A DNA stretch of 64,000 nt from Leptolyngbyaceae cyanobacterium (GTDB taxonomy: Bacteria > Cyanobacteriota > Cyanobacteriia > Phormidesmidales > Phormidesmidaceae): positions 1 through 64,000 of the forward strand of contig JBHJHA010000035.1 in NCBI GenBank assembly GCA_050331235.1, written 5' to 3'. Of this stretch, positions 7,186-17,644 are shown one piece after another. The notes beneath the pieces are model-generated. The model saw only the letters and a program-made list of their open reading frames with translations. It had not been told where the DNA came from and searched no databases. The translations under genes were made by a program, and so were the position numbers. Numbering within the stretch: position 1 is the stretch's first letter; every line of letters begins with the position of its first letter.

Positions 7186-9294
7186 CTAGTCATAACTGTC
7201 CGATATGTCGCTGGTAGTAGCTACTGGTGCGATGGAGCGTACGGTGCTGATTTTGTAGCTTTCTTGTTGAGTCGTTAAGTCAATCGTGATGGCTTCAAAT
7301 TGAGCTTCCAAGCTGCCTAACGGTACCTGTAGCTGCAAGAAGGCTGTCTGCTCACCCTCGGCTGTGGATGTCCAATTCATTAGCCAACGAGGACGATCAA
7401 CTAAGGTTCGAGTTTGTAGATCAGTGACCCAGACTTTGACGGCAAGTCGACGGGGATAGGCGGGTAGTCGAATCGTAATGGGTAAAGGGGTGCCGGCAAC
7501 CAACTCACCTTGCGGGAAAACCCACTCTGGCACTGGAATGCTGCCCAGCTCCTGGCGGTCAGGCTCGTCTGGTGCAAGGACCTCAATCATGGGAGCACTG
7601 GCGGAAGTTGGTTGCTCCGTCATGGCTGCTGAGGATTCATCATCCTCATAGATGACTACCTCATAGTTGACGGGTCCCTCTGGTGCTGTTGTTGGGGCCG
7701 CGATCGCTGAATCTTGTTGTAGCGCTGCAGCGATTTCGGGGGGAAGATCTTCGACACCGGCTGCTTCAAGTTTTGCCTTACGCTCGGCGGCGGCTTTTTG
7801 GGCAGCTTCGGCTAAGGCGCTGAGACGATGCCAAAAGCGCCCCTGTAGATCAGGTTGAAAGGCCGTTGGTGGGGTAGGAGCGGCTGTGGGTATGGCCTGG
7901 GTAGATGAGTCCGGCTTGGAGGTAGGTGATGCGGCCTGGGGCGAGTGGTCCGTTGAGCCCAGATTCGGCAGCTCAATCTTTGGTTCAGACGGGCCAGGTG
8001 CTACCGATGTACTACCCGCTTCGGTAGTTGCTTTTTGCGGGGAGATGGGTGGCAGGGTGACAGGGCGACTGTCACCTTCTGCTGGGGAGGGATTGGCGTT
8101 GCTGGTCGGTCTACGCGCGTTGGATTGCGGCGAGACCAATGGCAGGGTTGGCGCGCCTACGGATTTTTTGTCAATCGGATTGTAAATAACGGGTGGCAAA
8201 GTCAGCCCACTCGCCGGTAGATAGACTAGCCGAAAGGGGACTTCGCGATGCGCTAGCGGGGTTTCAATCTTATCTTTAGAGACGTTGTCCGGCTCGCTAT
8301 CTGCCGGTCGGACAGAGGCCGTGGCCTCATCTGCGGCTGCAGTAAATGTGGCTGATTCGAGGGATGTTTGTTCCGCTTGGTTGGCAACTAACTCCAGCAG
8401 GTCATCCAGATTGAGGGTGACTGTGAATCCTTGAATTGCCAAAACCTGAGGTGGTTCGAGGGCTGTCCAAAGGCTGAGCTCACCGACTAAAAGGCGGGTA
8501 GGGTTGGCCGACGGTAATGGGAGGGAAAGCTGGAAGCGGCTCGGCAATGACGCGATCGAAATTGCTTGGGTAGTTTGACCAACCACCGTCCCAGTTTCTG
8601 GATTGCGTAACTGTAGCCATAGTGTGCCTTCGCCTACGAGCCCTTCCACTTGGGAAAAGGTGGTTACTTGTCCCTGTAGCGATAGTGGTGAGCCTGCCTG
8701 GGCTACTAGTGCTTGATGTTGTAGCTGAAGCCGTAAAGGCAAATCTTCGAGTGGCGTGTTGACCGACAGCAGCTGATTCGGCGGAGATGGGCGATCGCCC
8801 TGGTTGACGGTTTTCGGTTCAGCGATTGGACTCGGGTCTGACGAGGGGAGCGTCCCTTGATTAGCGGTGACGACTTGAGAAGCGGTGAACTGCTCAGCAA
8901 AAGAGGCTTCGTCGAGCTCGGTATCCCAATATTCCATCCCTGACTCGATGGCTAAAACCTCTAGCTGGACGCCATATTTCCACGGGGGAGTGGCGGCGGT
9001 CGCTTGACTAGCAGCTTCACAACTCACCGTCCACCGACCTGGGGTCAAATGTGTGAACGGAATGACTACCATCAACCCGTTGGTATTGGTCTCTCCTAAG
9101 CGTTTGAGGGTTTTGCGCTGGGGCGGCAGTTGGTCTGTCAGGAGTCTGCTGAGCTGAATATTGACAGCGGCTCCGCAGTAACTGGTGTGGGCGATGATGC
9201 GATATCGCCCCTCAGAAATTTCTACATGGGCAGTTTCTAGCGGTAGCCAGTCGCGATCGCCCTCTTTTTGTAGCAAAAACTCCCAATACGCCAT
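7186..9294 (-). CDS. Large hypothetical protein with beta-rich domains separated by Pro/Ser/Thr-rich linkers
   Basis: 702-aa ORF. N-terminus WEFLLQKEGDRDWLPLE...EGRYRI, C-terminus VKVWVTDLQTRTLVD.PRW. Confidence 0.85.
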   Translation of the reverse strand: MAYWEFLLQKEGDRDWLPLETAHVEISEGRYRIIAHTSYCGAAVNIQLSRLLTDQLPPQRKTLKRLGETNTNGLMVVIPFTHLTPGRWTVSCEAASQATAATPPWKYGVQLEVLAIESGMEYWDTELDEASFAEQFTASQVVTANQGTLPSSDPSPIAEPKTVNQGDRPSPPNQLLSVNTPLEDLPLRLQLQHQALVAQAGSPLSLQGQVTTFSQVEGLVGEGTLWLQLRNPETGTVVGQTTQAISIASLPSRFQLSLPLPSANPTRLLVGELSLWTALEPPQVLAIQGFTVTLNLDDLLELVANQAEQTSLESATFTAAADEATASVRPADSEPDNVSKDKIETPLAHREVPFRLVYLPASGLTLPPVIYNPIDKKSVGAPTLPLVSPQSNARRPTSNANPSPAEGDSRPVTLPPISPQKATTEAGSTSVAPGPSEPKIELPNLGSTDHSPQAASPTSKPDSSTQAIPTAAPTPPTAFQPDLQGRFWHRLSALAEAAQKAAAERKAKLEAAGVEDLPPEIAAALQQDSAIAAPTTAPEGPVNYEVVIYEDDESSAAMTEQPTSASAPMIEVLAPDEPDRQELGSIPVPEWVFPQGELVAGTPLPITIRLPAYPRRLAVKVWVTDLQTRTLVDRPRWLMNWTSTAEGEQTAFLQLQVPLGSLEAQFEAITIDLTTQQESYKISTVRSIAPVATTSDISDSYD

Positions 9295-9382
9295 AACCCG
9301 TCCTGCGCCAGCAAATCTGAGGTTTTCGCAGTATAGCGGTCATCCTAGCGACTTCTATCGATTCCAGCAAATGTTTGTGAAA

Positions 9383-10669
9383 TCACGCTGGTTCTTGAGC
9401 CATGCGGATCTTTTGGCAAAGGTCGTGAACCTCTCCCATCAAAGTCGCTTGACCTAGCTCAGTTTGGTCACCGGAAGTGAGCCATTTTAGTTGGACAGTA
9501 CCATTTTCGGCTTCAGCTTCTCCCAAAATGATACAGAGTACGGCCCCGCTGCGATCAGCACGCTTGAACTGCTTGCCAAAAGCGGCACCGCTCAAATCCA
9601 TCTCGACGGCAAGCCCTGCTTGACGTAAGCCTTGGGCAATTTGAAGGGTCTGACTAGCGGTTGCCTCCCCTCGAGAAATGACATAGACATCCATGTCGGT
9701 GCTAGGTTCAGTGGCCAGCTGCTTAAGCAATAAAGTGAGCCGCTCTAGCCCGATCGCCCAACCAATGGCGGGGGTATCGGTGCCTCCTAACTGAGATATC
9801 AGGCCATCATAGCGGCCGCCACCGCAGACGGTCGCTTGAGCTCCTAAATCTGCCGACTGAATCTCAAAGGCTGTGTGGGTATAGTAGTCAAGCCCTCTAA
9901 CGAGGCGAGGATTGAGCCGATAGGGAATGCCTAAGTCAGTCAAAAATTGCTGCACTTGCTCAAAGTGTCGCTGTGATGCATCACTGAGAAAATCTAAGAG
10001 ATTGGGAGCAGCCTGGACTATTTCCTGCGTTTTCTGATCTTTGCTATCAAGAATTCGCAGCGGATTTTTATCTAAGCGAGTCTGGGAGTCGCCATCTAAG
10101 TCGGCTTTGTGAGGTGTTAAGAAGTTGATTAAGGCTTCTCGATAGCGTTGGCGATCGTCACCATTACCAACGGAGTTGAGATCCATTGTCAGGGACCTCA
10201 GACCTAGAGCTTTTAGCAATGTCGTGGCGATCGCGATGACTTCGGCGTCGGCCCGGGGATCGCGGCTCCCCAGTAGCTCAACATCTAACTGATGAAATTG
10301 ACGCTGGCGTCCGGCTTGGGGCCGTTCGTAGCGAAAGGCCGGGCCGACATGCCAAAGCCGCAAGACACTGCCTTGAGCAGTAAGCTTATGTTCATTGACA
10401 GCTCGCACCAGCCCCGCAGTAATTTCTGGACGTAAGGTGACCGATCGCCCACCGCGATCTTCAAACGTGTACATCTCTTTGCCAACGACATCGGTGGCCT
10501 CACCAATGCCACGCTCAAAGAGGTCGGTTTGCTCAAACATCGGAGGTCGAATTTCGCGATAAGCCGCCCGATGGAGTAAGTCTCGAGCTGTCGACTCGAC
10601 CCATTGCCATAGCGGAGTTTCATCTGGCAAGATGTCCCGGGTGCCCCGCAAGGCCTGAATTGTAGTCAT
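9383..10669 (-). CDS. hisS: Histidine--tRNA ligase
   Basis: [47 protein letters not shown] and GGGRYDGL. Confidence 0.98.
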   Translation of the reverse strand: MTTIQALRGTRDILPDETPLWQWVESTARDLLHRAAYREIRPPMFEQTDLFERGIGEATDVVGKEMYTFEDRGGRSVTLRPEITAGLVRAVNEHKLTAQGSVLRLWHVGPAFRYERPQAGRQRQFHQLDVELLGSRDPRADAEVIAIATTLLKALGLRSLTMDLNSVGNGDDRQRYREALINFLTPHKADLDGDSQTRLDKNPLRILDSKDQKTQEIVQAAPNLLDFLSDASQRHFEQVQQFLTDLGIPYRLNPRLVRGLDYYTHTAFEIQSADLGAQATVCGGGRYDGLISQLGGTDTPAIGWAIGLERLTLLLKQLATEPSTDMDVYVISRGEATASQTLQIAQGLRQAGLAVEMDLSGAAFGKQFKRADRSGAVLCIILGEAEAENGTVQLKWLTSGDQTELGQATLMGEVHDLCQKIRMAQEPA

Positions 10670-10776
10670 AGCTTCAAATCACTCTCCTGTTGAAATCTTA
10701 AGGCAACGACGGCATCCAAGCCGATTGTTCTGGTTGTCGGTTGCCAAAGAGACCGGCCCGTACCAAGGCACTAAGA

Positions 10777-11112
10777 TTACTTGCCGAAGGTTTCCCACTG
10801 GCCATAGCGATCGCCATAATAGGTCAAAATCGCTTCAACTCGAGGTTGACAACGATTTGCGGCAGCAGCTGTGTAGCGAATCCAGATGCCACCAACTTGG
10901 CTCTGTAAATAGTCAAATTCTTTAGACGTTTGAGGTAAAAGCCCTGTATTCACCCCCTCAATTTGCCGTAAATGAGCGGCGACCTCTCGATAAGCGGCTA
11001 GTGGCAATCTCGGGCTGCATAGTCGATATTCCACCTGCTGAGGGGCCGAGTCCACTTCATGATCACTGGGGGGAGTAGCGGAACCCCCATCTTGCCTTGC
11101 CGAATTGGTCAT
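10777..11112 (-). CDS. Conserved cyanobacterial hypothetical protein downstream of pedR
   Basis: LPLAAYREVAAHLRQIEGV...FDYLQSQVGG. GAGG precedes ATG at 11112, 4 nt after the pedR stop. Confidence 0.85.
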   Translation of the reverse strand: MTNSARQDGGSATPPSDHEVDSAPQQVEYRLCSPRLPLAAYREVAAHLRQIEGVNTGLLPQTSKEFDYLQSQVGGIWIRYTAAAANRCQPRVEAILTYYGDRYGQWETFGK

Positions 11113-11116
11113 AACC

Positions 11117-11410
11117 TCAAGACGCAGTTTCGCTGCTACCGCTGTCGACATTGGGCAGAGTACAGCAATTGACATCATTAATACAGACCTTGCCCCACTG
11201 TAGTGCCCATCGTACCAAAGCTACTCGGTTGCCCGTAGCCGTTTTTGTCAAAATATTGCTGACGTGGTTATCTACAGTGCGTTTGCTGATAGCCAACTCA
11301 TCAGAAATTTCTTGGTTTGTCAGTCCTGCAGCAACCAATTCAACAATCTGTAATTCGCGTTCTGAAAGAGTGCCCTGAATTTGAGCACCCGGAGACTCGC
11401 TACCTGCCAT
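11117..11410 (-). CDS. pedR: Small LuxR-type HTH redox regulator PedR
   Basis: LSERELQIVELVAAGLTNQEI...ISKRTVDNHVSNILTK followed by the WGKVC..DVNCC three-Cys tail typical of PedR. Confidence 0.88.
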   Translation of the reverse strand: MAGSESPGAQIQGTLSERELQIVELVAAGLTNQEISDELAISKRTVDNHVSNILTKTATGNRVALVRWALQWGKVCINDVNCCTLPNVDSGSSETAS

Positions 11411-11578
11411 GGGTATTTAAAAAGCTGTGTATATATGCCTATTAGTTTACTGCTGAATGGTCCGGTTCATTTCAACTTCGACAAGTTTTCTCCCCGAGGT
11501 GTTCTGTGTTTGTCCTAGCTGAAACCACCAACTGATATGAAATTACTTTGGGATCGAAGGAATTAGCAGGCAATTTCG

Positions 11579-11992
11579 CTACGGTTGCTTAAAGCATTGG
11601 TCATTGACACAGCCGGGATACTCAGATTCGTATAGGGTGCTGCGCTCACCAAATAGCCGATACCGGTGATCGCGAATAAAGCGATAAAACTGATCTCCAG
11701 TTGATTTGGCTCCTGGCAAGGCACGGTACGCTTGGACAAAAAAACTGCCTAAAGGGAGTAACCGACCAATTTCCTCGGCGGCGTTGCTCCCTTGCCAGCG
11801 CCGTTGAGGGTTTTGCCGGTCTAATAGGATCACGCCGGCCTCGCAGTCCTGGGAGGTAATTGCCCAGCGATCTAGTGTGGTTTCATCTTGCATGGGCACG
11901 TACTGAAATTGCCGTCCCTGGTCTAGCTGCTCTAACAGTCGCACTAGAGTGACACAAAGGTTACAGCTTCCGTCATAAATAACTGCATACAT
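11579..11992 (-). CDS. DCC-family thiol-disulfide oxidoreductase (DUF393)
   Basis: N-terminal VIYDGSCNLC (DxxCxxC) and C-terminal YRFIRDHRYRLFG. Confidence 0.92.
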   Translation of the reverse strand: MYAVIYDGSCNLCVTLVRLLEQLDQGRQFQYVPMQDETTLDRWAITSQDCEAGVILLDRQNPQRRWQGSNAAEEIGRLLPLGSFFVQAYRALPGAKSTGDQFYRFIRDHRYRLFGERSTLYESEYPGCVNDQCFKQP

Positions 11993-12170
11993 AGATGATG
12001 ATAAAAAGAGAGTTTTCTAAAAGCTGCGATCGCTGCGTCTATTCTCCAGCGTAAAAGATACATCCATCAATTGAGCGCGCCACCGTCAAGTCAATACCAG
12101 AGTAACGATATGCCAGTGTCATCAATCGACTTGCTCGGCCCAGTGCCAATCGAACGAGCTTCCCCGCAAG

Positions 12171-12214
12171 GTTAAAGAAGCCTTAAACAACTCTTTACGG
12201 CCTGTCTATACAAT
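12171..12214 (+). promoter_or_regulatory. Pho box (SphR/PhoB) with -10 element for pstCAB
   Basis: Three direct repeats at 11-bp period (GTTAAAGA 12171, CTTAAACA 12182, CTTTACGG 12193), then TACAAT at 12209-12214. Confidence 0.75.
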
Positions 12215-12337
12215 GCCCTGAGACTGTGAAATCGCCTGGGAAGTGTACGTCGAAGTTTCTCTGGCTTAGCCATTGACTACTGTCGTGAGTCATTGTGCCT
12301 AGGCGATCGCAAAGCCACTCTTTGATACGTCCTCCCT

Positions 12338-13381
12338 TTGGCATCGCCCATGTCTGCAGAAGCACCCTTCAAAAAAGATTCCAGCCTGTGGCAGGCAAAT
12401 TATTCGCGAGCCAAGCTGGTGGAAAACTGCATCAAAACCGTGTGTGCTGTTTTTGCCATTATCTCTATTTTGACCACTGCTGGAATTATCGGCACGCTGA
12501 TCTTTGAGACTATTGAGTTCTTTAAGATTGTGCCATTTTGGCGATTTATTACCGATACCCGTTGGACGCCACTATTCAGCAGCAAGCAGTTTGGCATTTT
12601 CGTATTAATTAGCGCCACCTTGTTGACGTCAAGCATTGCCATTCTGGTTGCGATTCCCCTGGGGTTGATGTCAGCGATCTTCTTGAGCGAATTTGCTTCA
12701 CCAGGGGTACGCAAGATCTTTAAGCCCTTATTGGAAATTTTGGCGGGTATTCCATCTGTCGTATTTGGCTATTTTGCTCTGTTGACGGTAACGCCAGTGC
12801 TGCAAACCCTCTTTGATTTTGTGAGGACTCCCATTCAAATTCCTGCTGGGTTAGATTTTCTGCCTTTTACAAATTACTACGAGCCAGACTACTTTTTAGA
12901 GCTCCCCTTTCCCTATCTCGAAGGGTTCAATGCGCTGAGTGCCGGTTTGGTCCTGGGAATTAGCATCACCCCTTTGGTTGCCTCCCTAAGCGAGGATGCG
13001 ATTTATTCGGTACCCCAAAGCTTACGTAATGGGGCCTATGCTTTAGGCGCGACGAAGCGAGAGACGATTACAGCAGTCGTTATTCCAGCGGCTTTATCGG
13101 GCATTGTGGCTTCCGTGATTTTGGCGATTTCGCGCGCCGTAGGAGAAACCATGATTGTGACCCTAGCAGCTGGGCAAAATCCTAACCTAGGCTTTAATCC
13201 GTTTGTGCCAGTGATGACGATGACGGCTTACATTGTGCAGGTGAGCCTTGGGGATACGGCCGTTGGTACGCTGCCTTATAAAACAATCTTTGCCGTCGGC
13301 ATGACCTTGTTTTTAATGACGCTGATCCTCAACTTGTTTAGCTTTTGGTTCGTTCGCCGGTTTCGTGAGAGGTATGAGTAA
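12338..13381 (+). CDS. pstC: Phosphate ABC transporter permease PstC
   Basis: [27 protein letters not shown] and [10 protein letters not shown]. Start is TTG 12338 or ATG 12350. Confidence 0.96.
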   Translation: MASPMSAEAPFKKDSSLWQANYSRAKLVENCIKTVCAVFAIISILTTAGIIGTLIFETIEFFKIVPFWRFITDTRWTPLFSSKQFGIFVLISATLLTSSIAILVAIPLGLMSAIFLSEFASPGVRKIFKPLLEILAGIPSVVFGYFALLTVTPVLQTLFDFVRTPIQIPAGLDFLPFTNYYEPDYFLELPFPYLEGFNALSAGLVLGISITPLVASLSEDAIYSVPQSLRNGAYALGATKRETITAVVIPAALSGIVASVILAISRAVGETMIVTLAAGQNPNLGFNPFVPVMTMTAYIVQVSLGDTAVGTLPYKTIFAVGMTLFLMTLILNLFSFWFVRRFRERYE

Positions 13382-13386
13382 CCGAG

Positions 13387-14307
13387 ATGGCAAGCACTAC
13401 TGAGCCTTCTGTTTCTGAATCGTCTTTTCAAGAGTCGGCTAAATTTCAACCAAATCTACAAAAGCGCTATCGGTTTGACAGGTTGTTTCAGCTGGCGGCG
13501 ATCGCGGCTACCTCCATTGCCATTTTGGTGTTGGCTTGGCTTTTGGTCGATATTCTGTGGAATGGTCTGGGCAGCCTCAACTGGAATTTTTTGACCAGCT
13601 TTCCTTCTCGTAAGCCAGAAGAGGCCGGTGTTTTGGCCGCCCTTGTAGGCACCGCTTGGATTATGTTGCTGGTGGCCATTTTCTCGTTTCCGATCGGTGT
13701 TGGCACCGGTTTATATCTAGAAGAATTTGCTCGAGACAACTGGTTTACTAACGTTATTGAAATTAATATCAGCAATTTGGCGGGCGTTCCTTCGATTATC
13801 TATGGTCTCCTCGGGCTAACGGTCTTTATTACACTGTTAGGCGATCTCACCGGCGGACGCAGTATTTTGACTGGAGCCCTGACGCTGACGCTCTTGATCC
13901 TGCCGATTATCATCGTGGCTACGCGTGAAGCATTGCGTTCGGTGCCAGATAGTATTCGGCAGGCTGGATTTGCCCTGGGGGGGAGTCGTTGGCAAGTCAT
14001 CTGGAGTCATACGCTACCGGCGGCCTTTCCGGGCATTTTGACTGGGGTAATCTTGGCTTTGTCGCGGGCCATTGGTGAAACGGCTCCGCTCATCACCATT
14101 GGTGCTCTGACGTTTGTCCCGTTCTTACCCGAAGGTCCGCTCTCACCCTTCACCGTACTTCCCATTCAGGTTTATAACTGGGTTAGCCGTCCCCAGAAGG
14201 AGTTTCATGATATTGCCGCTGCCGGCATTATTCTTCTGGTATTCGTTTTGATTGTGATGAATTCCCTGGCAATCTTTTTGCGGAGCAAATTCCAGAGGGC
14301 TCGCTAA
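13387..14307 (+). CDS. pstA: Phosphate ABC transporter permease PstA
   Basis: [21 protein letters not shown] and [10 protein letters not shown]. Confidence 0.96.
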   Translation: MASTTEPSVSESSFQESAKFQPNLQKRYRFDRLFQLAAIAATSIAILVLAWLLVDILWNGLGSLNWNFLTSFPSRKPEEAGVLAALVGTAWIMLLVAIFSFPIGVGTGLYLEEFARDNWFTNVIEINISNLAGVPSIIYGLLGLTVFITLLGDLTGGRSILTGALTLTLLILPIIIVATREALRSVPDSIRQAGFALGGSRWQVIWSHTLPAAFPGILTGVILALSRAIGETAPLITIGALTFVPFLPEGPLSPFTVLPIQVYNWVSRPQKEFHDIAAAGIILLVFVLIVMNSLAIFLRSKFQRAR

Positions 14308-14370
14308 GGTTTTCTTAACCTTTTTGGAGCTTAGGTGTTGTAATCTCAGACTGTTGTTTGCGATCGAGCC

Positions 14371-15189
14371 ATGTCAAACACCTCAACCCAAACGGTCACT
14401 AACTCAGCAATTTCCGTCGAAAATCTGAATGTTTACTACGGATCTAACCTTGCTGTCCGTGACGTCTATTTAGAAATTCCTCGCAATCAAATTGCCGCCT
14501 TCATTGGTCCTTCAGGTTGTGGCAAGAGTACTGTCTTGCGGTGTTTCAACCGAATGAATGATTTAATTTCGAGCGCGCGGGTTGACGGCAAGATTCTCTT
14601 TGAAGGTCAAAATATTTACCCCACTGGTGCGGCGGCTAAAAAGTTTGACCCAGTAGAACTGCGTCGCCGCATTGGCATGGTTTTTCAAAAGCCGAATCCG
14701 TTTCCTAAGTCTATCTACGACAACATTGCTTGGGGAGCTCGCATCAACGGTTATAAGGGCGATATGGATGAGCTCGTTGAGCGTTCATTACGTGGCGCGG
14801 CGATTTGGGAAGAGGTCAAAGATAAGTTGAACGCTAGCGGTTTGTCGCTCTCTGGAGGTCAGCAACAGCGTCTTTGTATTGCTCGCGCGATCGCCATTGA
14901 GCCAGAAGTCATTCTGATGGATGAGCCTTGTTCGGCGTTAGACCCGATTTCAACGCTGAAGATTGAAGACCTGATGTCGCAGCTCAAAGAGCGATTCACC
15001 ATTGTGATTGTGACGCACAACATGCAGCAGGCGTCCCGTATTTCTGATCGCACCGCGTTTTTTAACGCCGAGGCGACCGACGCCGGTGGCAAAGTTGGTT
15101 TTCTTGTAGAGTATGACGATACTGAAGTCATCTTTAGTGAACCGAAGGAACAAGACACCCGGGATTACGTTTCAGGTCGGTTTGGCTAG
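14371..15189 (+). CDS. pstB: Phosphate ABC transporter ATP-binding protein PstB
   Basis: [43 protein letters not shown] and YVSGRFG. Confidence 0.97.
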   Translation: MSNTSTQTVTNSAISVENLNVYYGSNLAVRDVYLEIPRNQIAAFIGPSGCGKSTVLRCFNRMNDLISSARVDGKILFEGQNIYPTGAAAKKFDPVELRRRIGMVFQKPNPFPKSIYDNIAWGARINGYKGDMDELVERSLRGAAIWEEVKDKLNASGLSLSGGQQQRLCIARAIAIEPEVILMDEPCSALDPISTLKIEDLMSQLKERFTIVIVTHNMQQASRISDRTAFFNAEATDAGGKVGFLVEYDDTEVIFSEPKEQDTRDYVSGRFG

Positions 15190-15218
15190 TGACTTGGATC
15201 GCTGTTAGGTGCCATATT

Positions 15219-15256
15219 TCAATAGCCGGGCAGTGAAAGCACTGCCCGGCTATTGA
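15219..15256 (+). terminator. Perfect 17-bp hairpin after pstB
   Basis: TCAATAGCCGGGCAGTG-AAAG-CACTGCCCGGCTATTGA. Confidence 0.8.
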
Positions 15257-15467
15257 TTAATCTTTGCCGATCGCAGCGAGCAACGGCATGGGACCCAAAA
15301 TAGTTATTGACTTTCCGGATATCAATGGTTGCTATTTGAAAAAGTTAGAGACGCACAATATAGATGGGTCCTGTGGTTTTAACGATTTTGGCTGTTGCGC
15401 TCTGACGAACCTTGATTGAGCGTTAGGTGCCTCTCTTGAGTGCTATACAAGCTCAGACGGTGGTGCT

Positions 15468-16307
15468 ATGCCTGCTCAAATAAATGACTCAAAACTTATC
15501 ACCCATTTTATTCAAGGTGATGCAGTCCTTCTATCAAACTACCGCCTGTATATCCAATCAGTACACAACTTATGTCAGCTGTTTACGAGCAAAGGACAGC
15601 TAATTGCCTGGGCCAGACATAAAGCATCGCCTCCGCAGATCGGCGTGAGAGCGTTAGGCGAGTATGCGGATGTCTTGAGGGAAATGCTGCTGGACTATGA
15701 ATATATTCCGCTACGGCTAAATCGCTCTGGCCAGTTTATGGAATATGAATATCGACCGAGGCCTGATGGCTACCAATCCAACTTTACTGAGGCAAAAGCG
15801 CTTTGGACCTATTGGTGGCGTAACCGTCGGTGTCTTGTCGGAACTGACAGCCCTTATGAAGTTATGGTGTTTGTCAATGGTTGCTGGTCAGCTGTCGTCG
15901 ATATCGCTTTTCAGACGGAGACGCTTTTCATCACTGCCTATCATGGGGAAATGGCGGCCCACTTACAGGATCGCCTGGCTTGGCTTCAACCAAAATCAGC
16001 AAGTGATGATGACAAGCTTGCCTGTCTGGTCAAAGATTGGATAAATGAGCAGCGACAGCCATCATCTAAGTCTACTCATCAGCTGCAAATTACTCCCGAA
16101 AAGAAGCATCGCTTTCAGCAGGCAACTCAGCCTCAGACACGGGAGGGGGCAGGACTTTCAAAAATGACGCCCTTTAACCATGTGTATCGATTGTCCGAAC
16201 ATAAGTTGATAGTTGAAACGCCCCACGGCCAAGTCGTCATCTGCGGCGATTGCCTCACCGTGCAGACAGAGGATGCTGCCGACCCTCTATCCATGACTTC
16301 TCAATAG
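15468..16307 (+). CDS. Hypothetical protein
   Basis: 279-aa ATG ORF filling the gap between two terminators. No motif recognised. Confidence 0.75.
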   Translation: MPAQINDSKLITHFIQGDAVLLSNYRLYIQSVHNLCQLFTSKGQLIAWARHKASPPQIGVRALGEYADVLREMLLDYEYIPLRLNRSGQFMEYEYRPRPDGYQSNFTEAKALWTYWWRNRRCLVGTDSPYEVMVFVNGCWSAVVDIAFQTETLFITAYHGEMAAHLQDRLAWLQPKSASDDDKLACLVKDWINEQRQPSSKSTHQLQITPEKKHRFQQATQPQTREGAGLSKMTPFNHVYRLSEHKLIVETPHGQVVICGDCLTVQTEDAADPLSMTSQ

Positions 16308-16321
16308 GCCAAAAGATCAAA

Positions 16322-16355
16322 AAAACAGCAGGCATTGGTTGACACCTACTGTTTT
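16322..16355. terminator. Probable bidirectional terminator between convergent genes
   Basis: AAAACAGCAGG ... CCTACTGTTTT with A and T tracts on both sides. Confidence 0.55.
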
Positions 16356-16374
16356 CAGAAGCTTGCTTGAATAG

Positions 16375-16614
16375 CTACATAACCTGCTCTACTTCAGCAA
16401 TTTCGGGAATAAACTCACGTAAACGTCGCTCGATACCCATGCGTAGTGTCATGGCAGAGCTGGGGCAAGAGCCGCAGGCTCCCTGCAATCGCAACCGCAC
16501 AGTGGGACCATCAATTTCTACTAATTCGACGTTGCCACCATCTGCCATCAAGTAGGGGCGAAGTTCATCCAGTACGGTTTCGACGTTGTCTTGGGTGAGG
16601 GCCAAAGTTTGCAT
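16375..16614 (-). CDS. nfuA: NifU-like Fe-S cluster carrier (Nfu)
   Basis: [18 protein letters not shown]...[19 protein letters not shown]. Confidence 0.93.
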   Translation of the reverse strand: MQTLALTQDNVETVLDELRPYLMADGGNVELVEIDGPTVRLRLQGACGSCPSSAMTLRMGIERRLREFIPEIAEVEQVM

Positions 16615-16708
16615 ATTTACCTACCAAAAGTTTGATAATCACTAATCTTTATCTTAAAGAGCCGAGACGCATGTGCGATCGCCCCTGCTCAATCTCGTTC
16701 CCAATCTG

Positions 16709-17281
16709 CTAGCTAGCCGCAGTCGATGAGGGCATAAGCAATGATTCCAGCGTCATCAAAACCTCTTGGCTGTGAATGGCTGGTCGCACGCCCAAAAATC
16801 GCTCGCGCATAATGCCGTCAGGGTCAATGAGGTAAGTATGCCGGAGCGATCGCCCCGTCAACCATGAGCCGTAGGCCTTGCTAACGGTGCCATCAACATC
16901 TGACAGTAAGGGAAACTCAATCCCTTCCGCCGCGCAAAAGCTCTCGTGGGAAGCGACATCGTCTGCACTCACACCCACAATTTCTGCATTTAGTGCCTGA
17001 AAGGTTGGACGATTTTCTTGGAAGCGACGAGCTTCGAGGGTACAGCCAGAGGTGCCATCTTGTGGATAGAAATACAGCACAACCCATCGCCCTCGATATT
17101 CCTCTAGGGAAATCTCTCCGTCTCCAGCGTTTGTCGGTAGGGTGAAGGTGGGGGCCGGTTCATCAATGGGAGGCTGTGGCCCGCCCAGAGCTGCCGCCCA
17201 AGGAGTTGCCAATCCCCAACACAACGCAAACCAAAGTAACGCACAAAGATGAATGATCCAGCGTCGTCGCGAAATTTCCAT
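16709..17281 (-). CDS. bcp: Peroxiredoxin Q / BCP with signal peptide
   Basis: VVLYFYPQDGTSGCTLEA (PxxxTxxC) and IVGVSAD, after an RRR + hydrophobic N-terminus. Confidence 0.92.
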   Translation of the reverse strand: MEISRRRWIIHLCALLWFALCWGLATPWAAALGGPQPPIDEPAPTFTLPTNAGDGEISLEEYRGRWVVLYFYPQDGTSGCTLEARRFQENRPTFQALNAEIVGVSADDVASHESFCAAEGIEFPLLSDVDGTVSKAYGSWLTGRSLRHTYLIDPDGIMRERFLGVRPAIHSQEVLMTLESLLMPSSTAAS

Positions 17282-17294
17282 CGATCTTGCCTCT

Positions 17295-17336
17295 AGTACC
17301 CATTAAGCTCTACGGTTTAAAAGCTTAATGGGTACT
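17295..17336. repeat. Perfect 15-bp inverted repeat just upstream of the bcp start
   Basis: AGTACCCATTAAGCT-N12-AGCTTAATGGGTACT. Confidence 0.85.
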
Positions 17337-17644
17337 GATCGGTTCCGCAGCGTCGAGGCAATAGGAACTCAATGCATGCCCTTCAAGGGGTATGTTTCTC
17401 ATCGGTGCGAAGGAAAAATACCGGCGCTAAAACTGGCTGACGCGGGGCTGATCCCATGAGTGTGAACCACTACCGCGTGCCGGGTCTCGATAGCGACAAA
17501 AGGGTTTGTCGCACGGCTTTGAAGGTAAAGATGTTCGTGGCGTGGTTTTGCAAACCGTGTTGCCCAATTGCTTCAAGCATTGTAAGGGCATGCTTTCTTT
17601 TGCTTTACGTAAAAATTACTGCCGACCAATTGCTGAACTTTTAG

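Noticed and set aside
14314..14321. CTTAACCT Pho-box half-site between pstA and pstB
   Set aside because: A single half-site with no 11-bp-phased partner.
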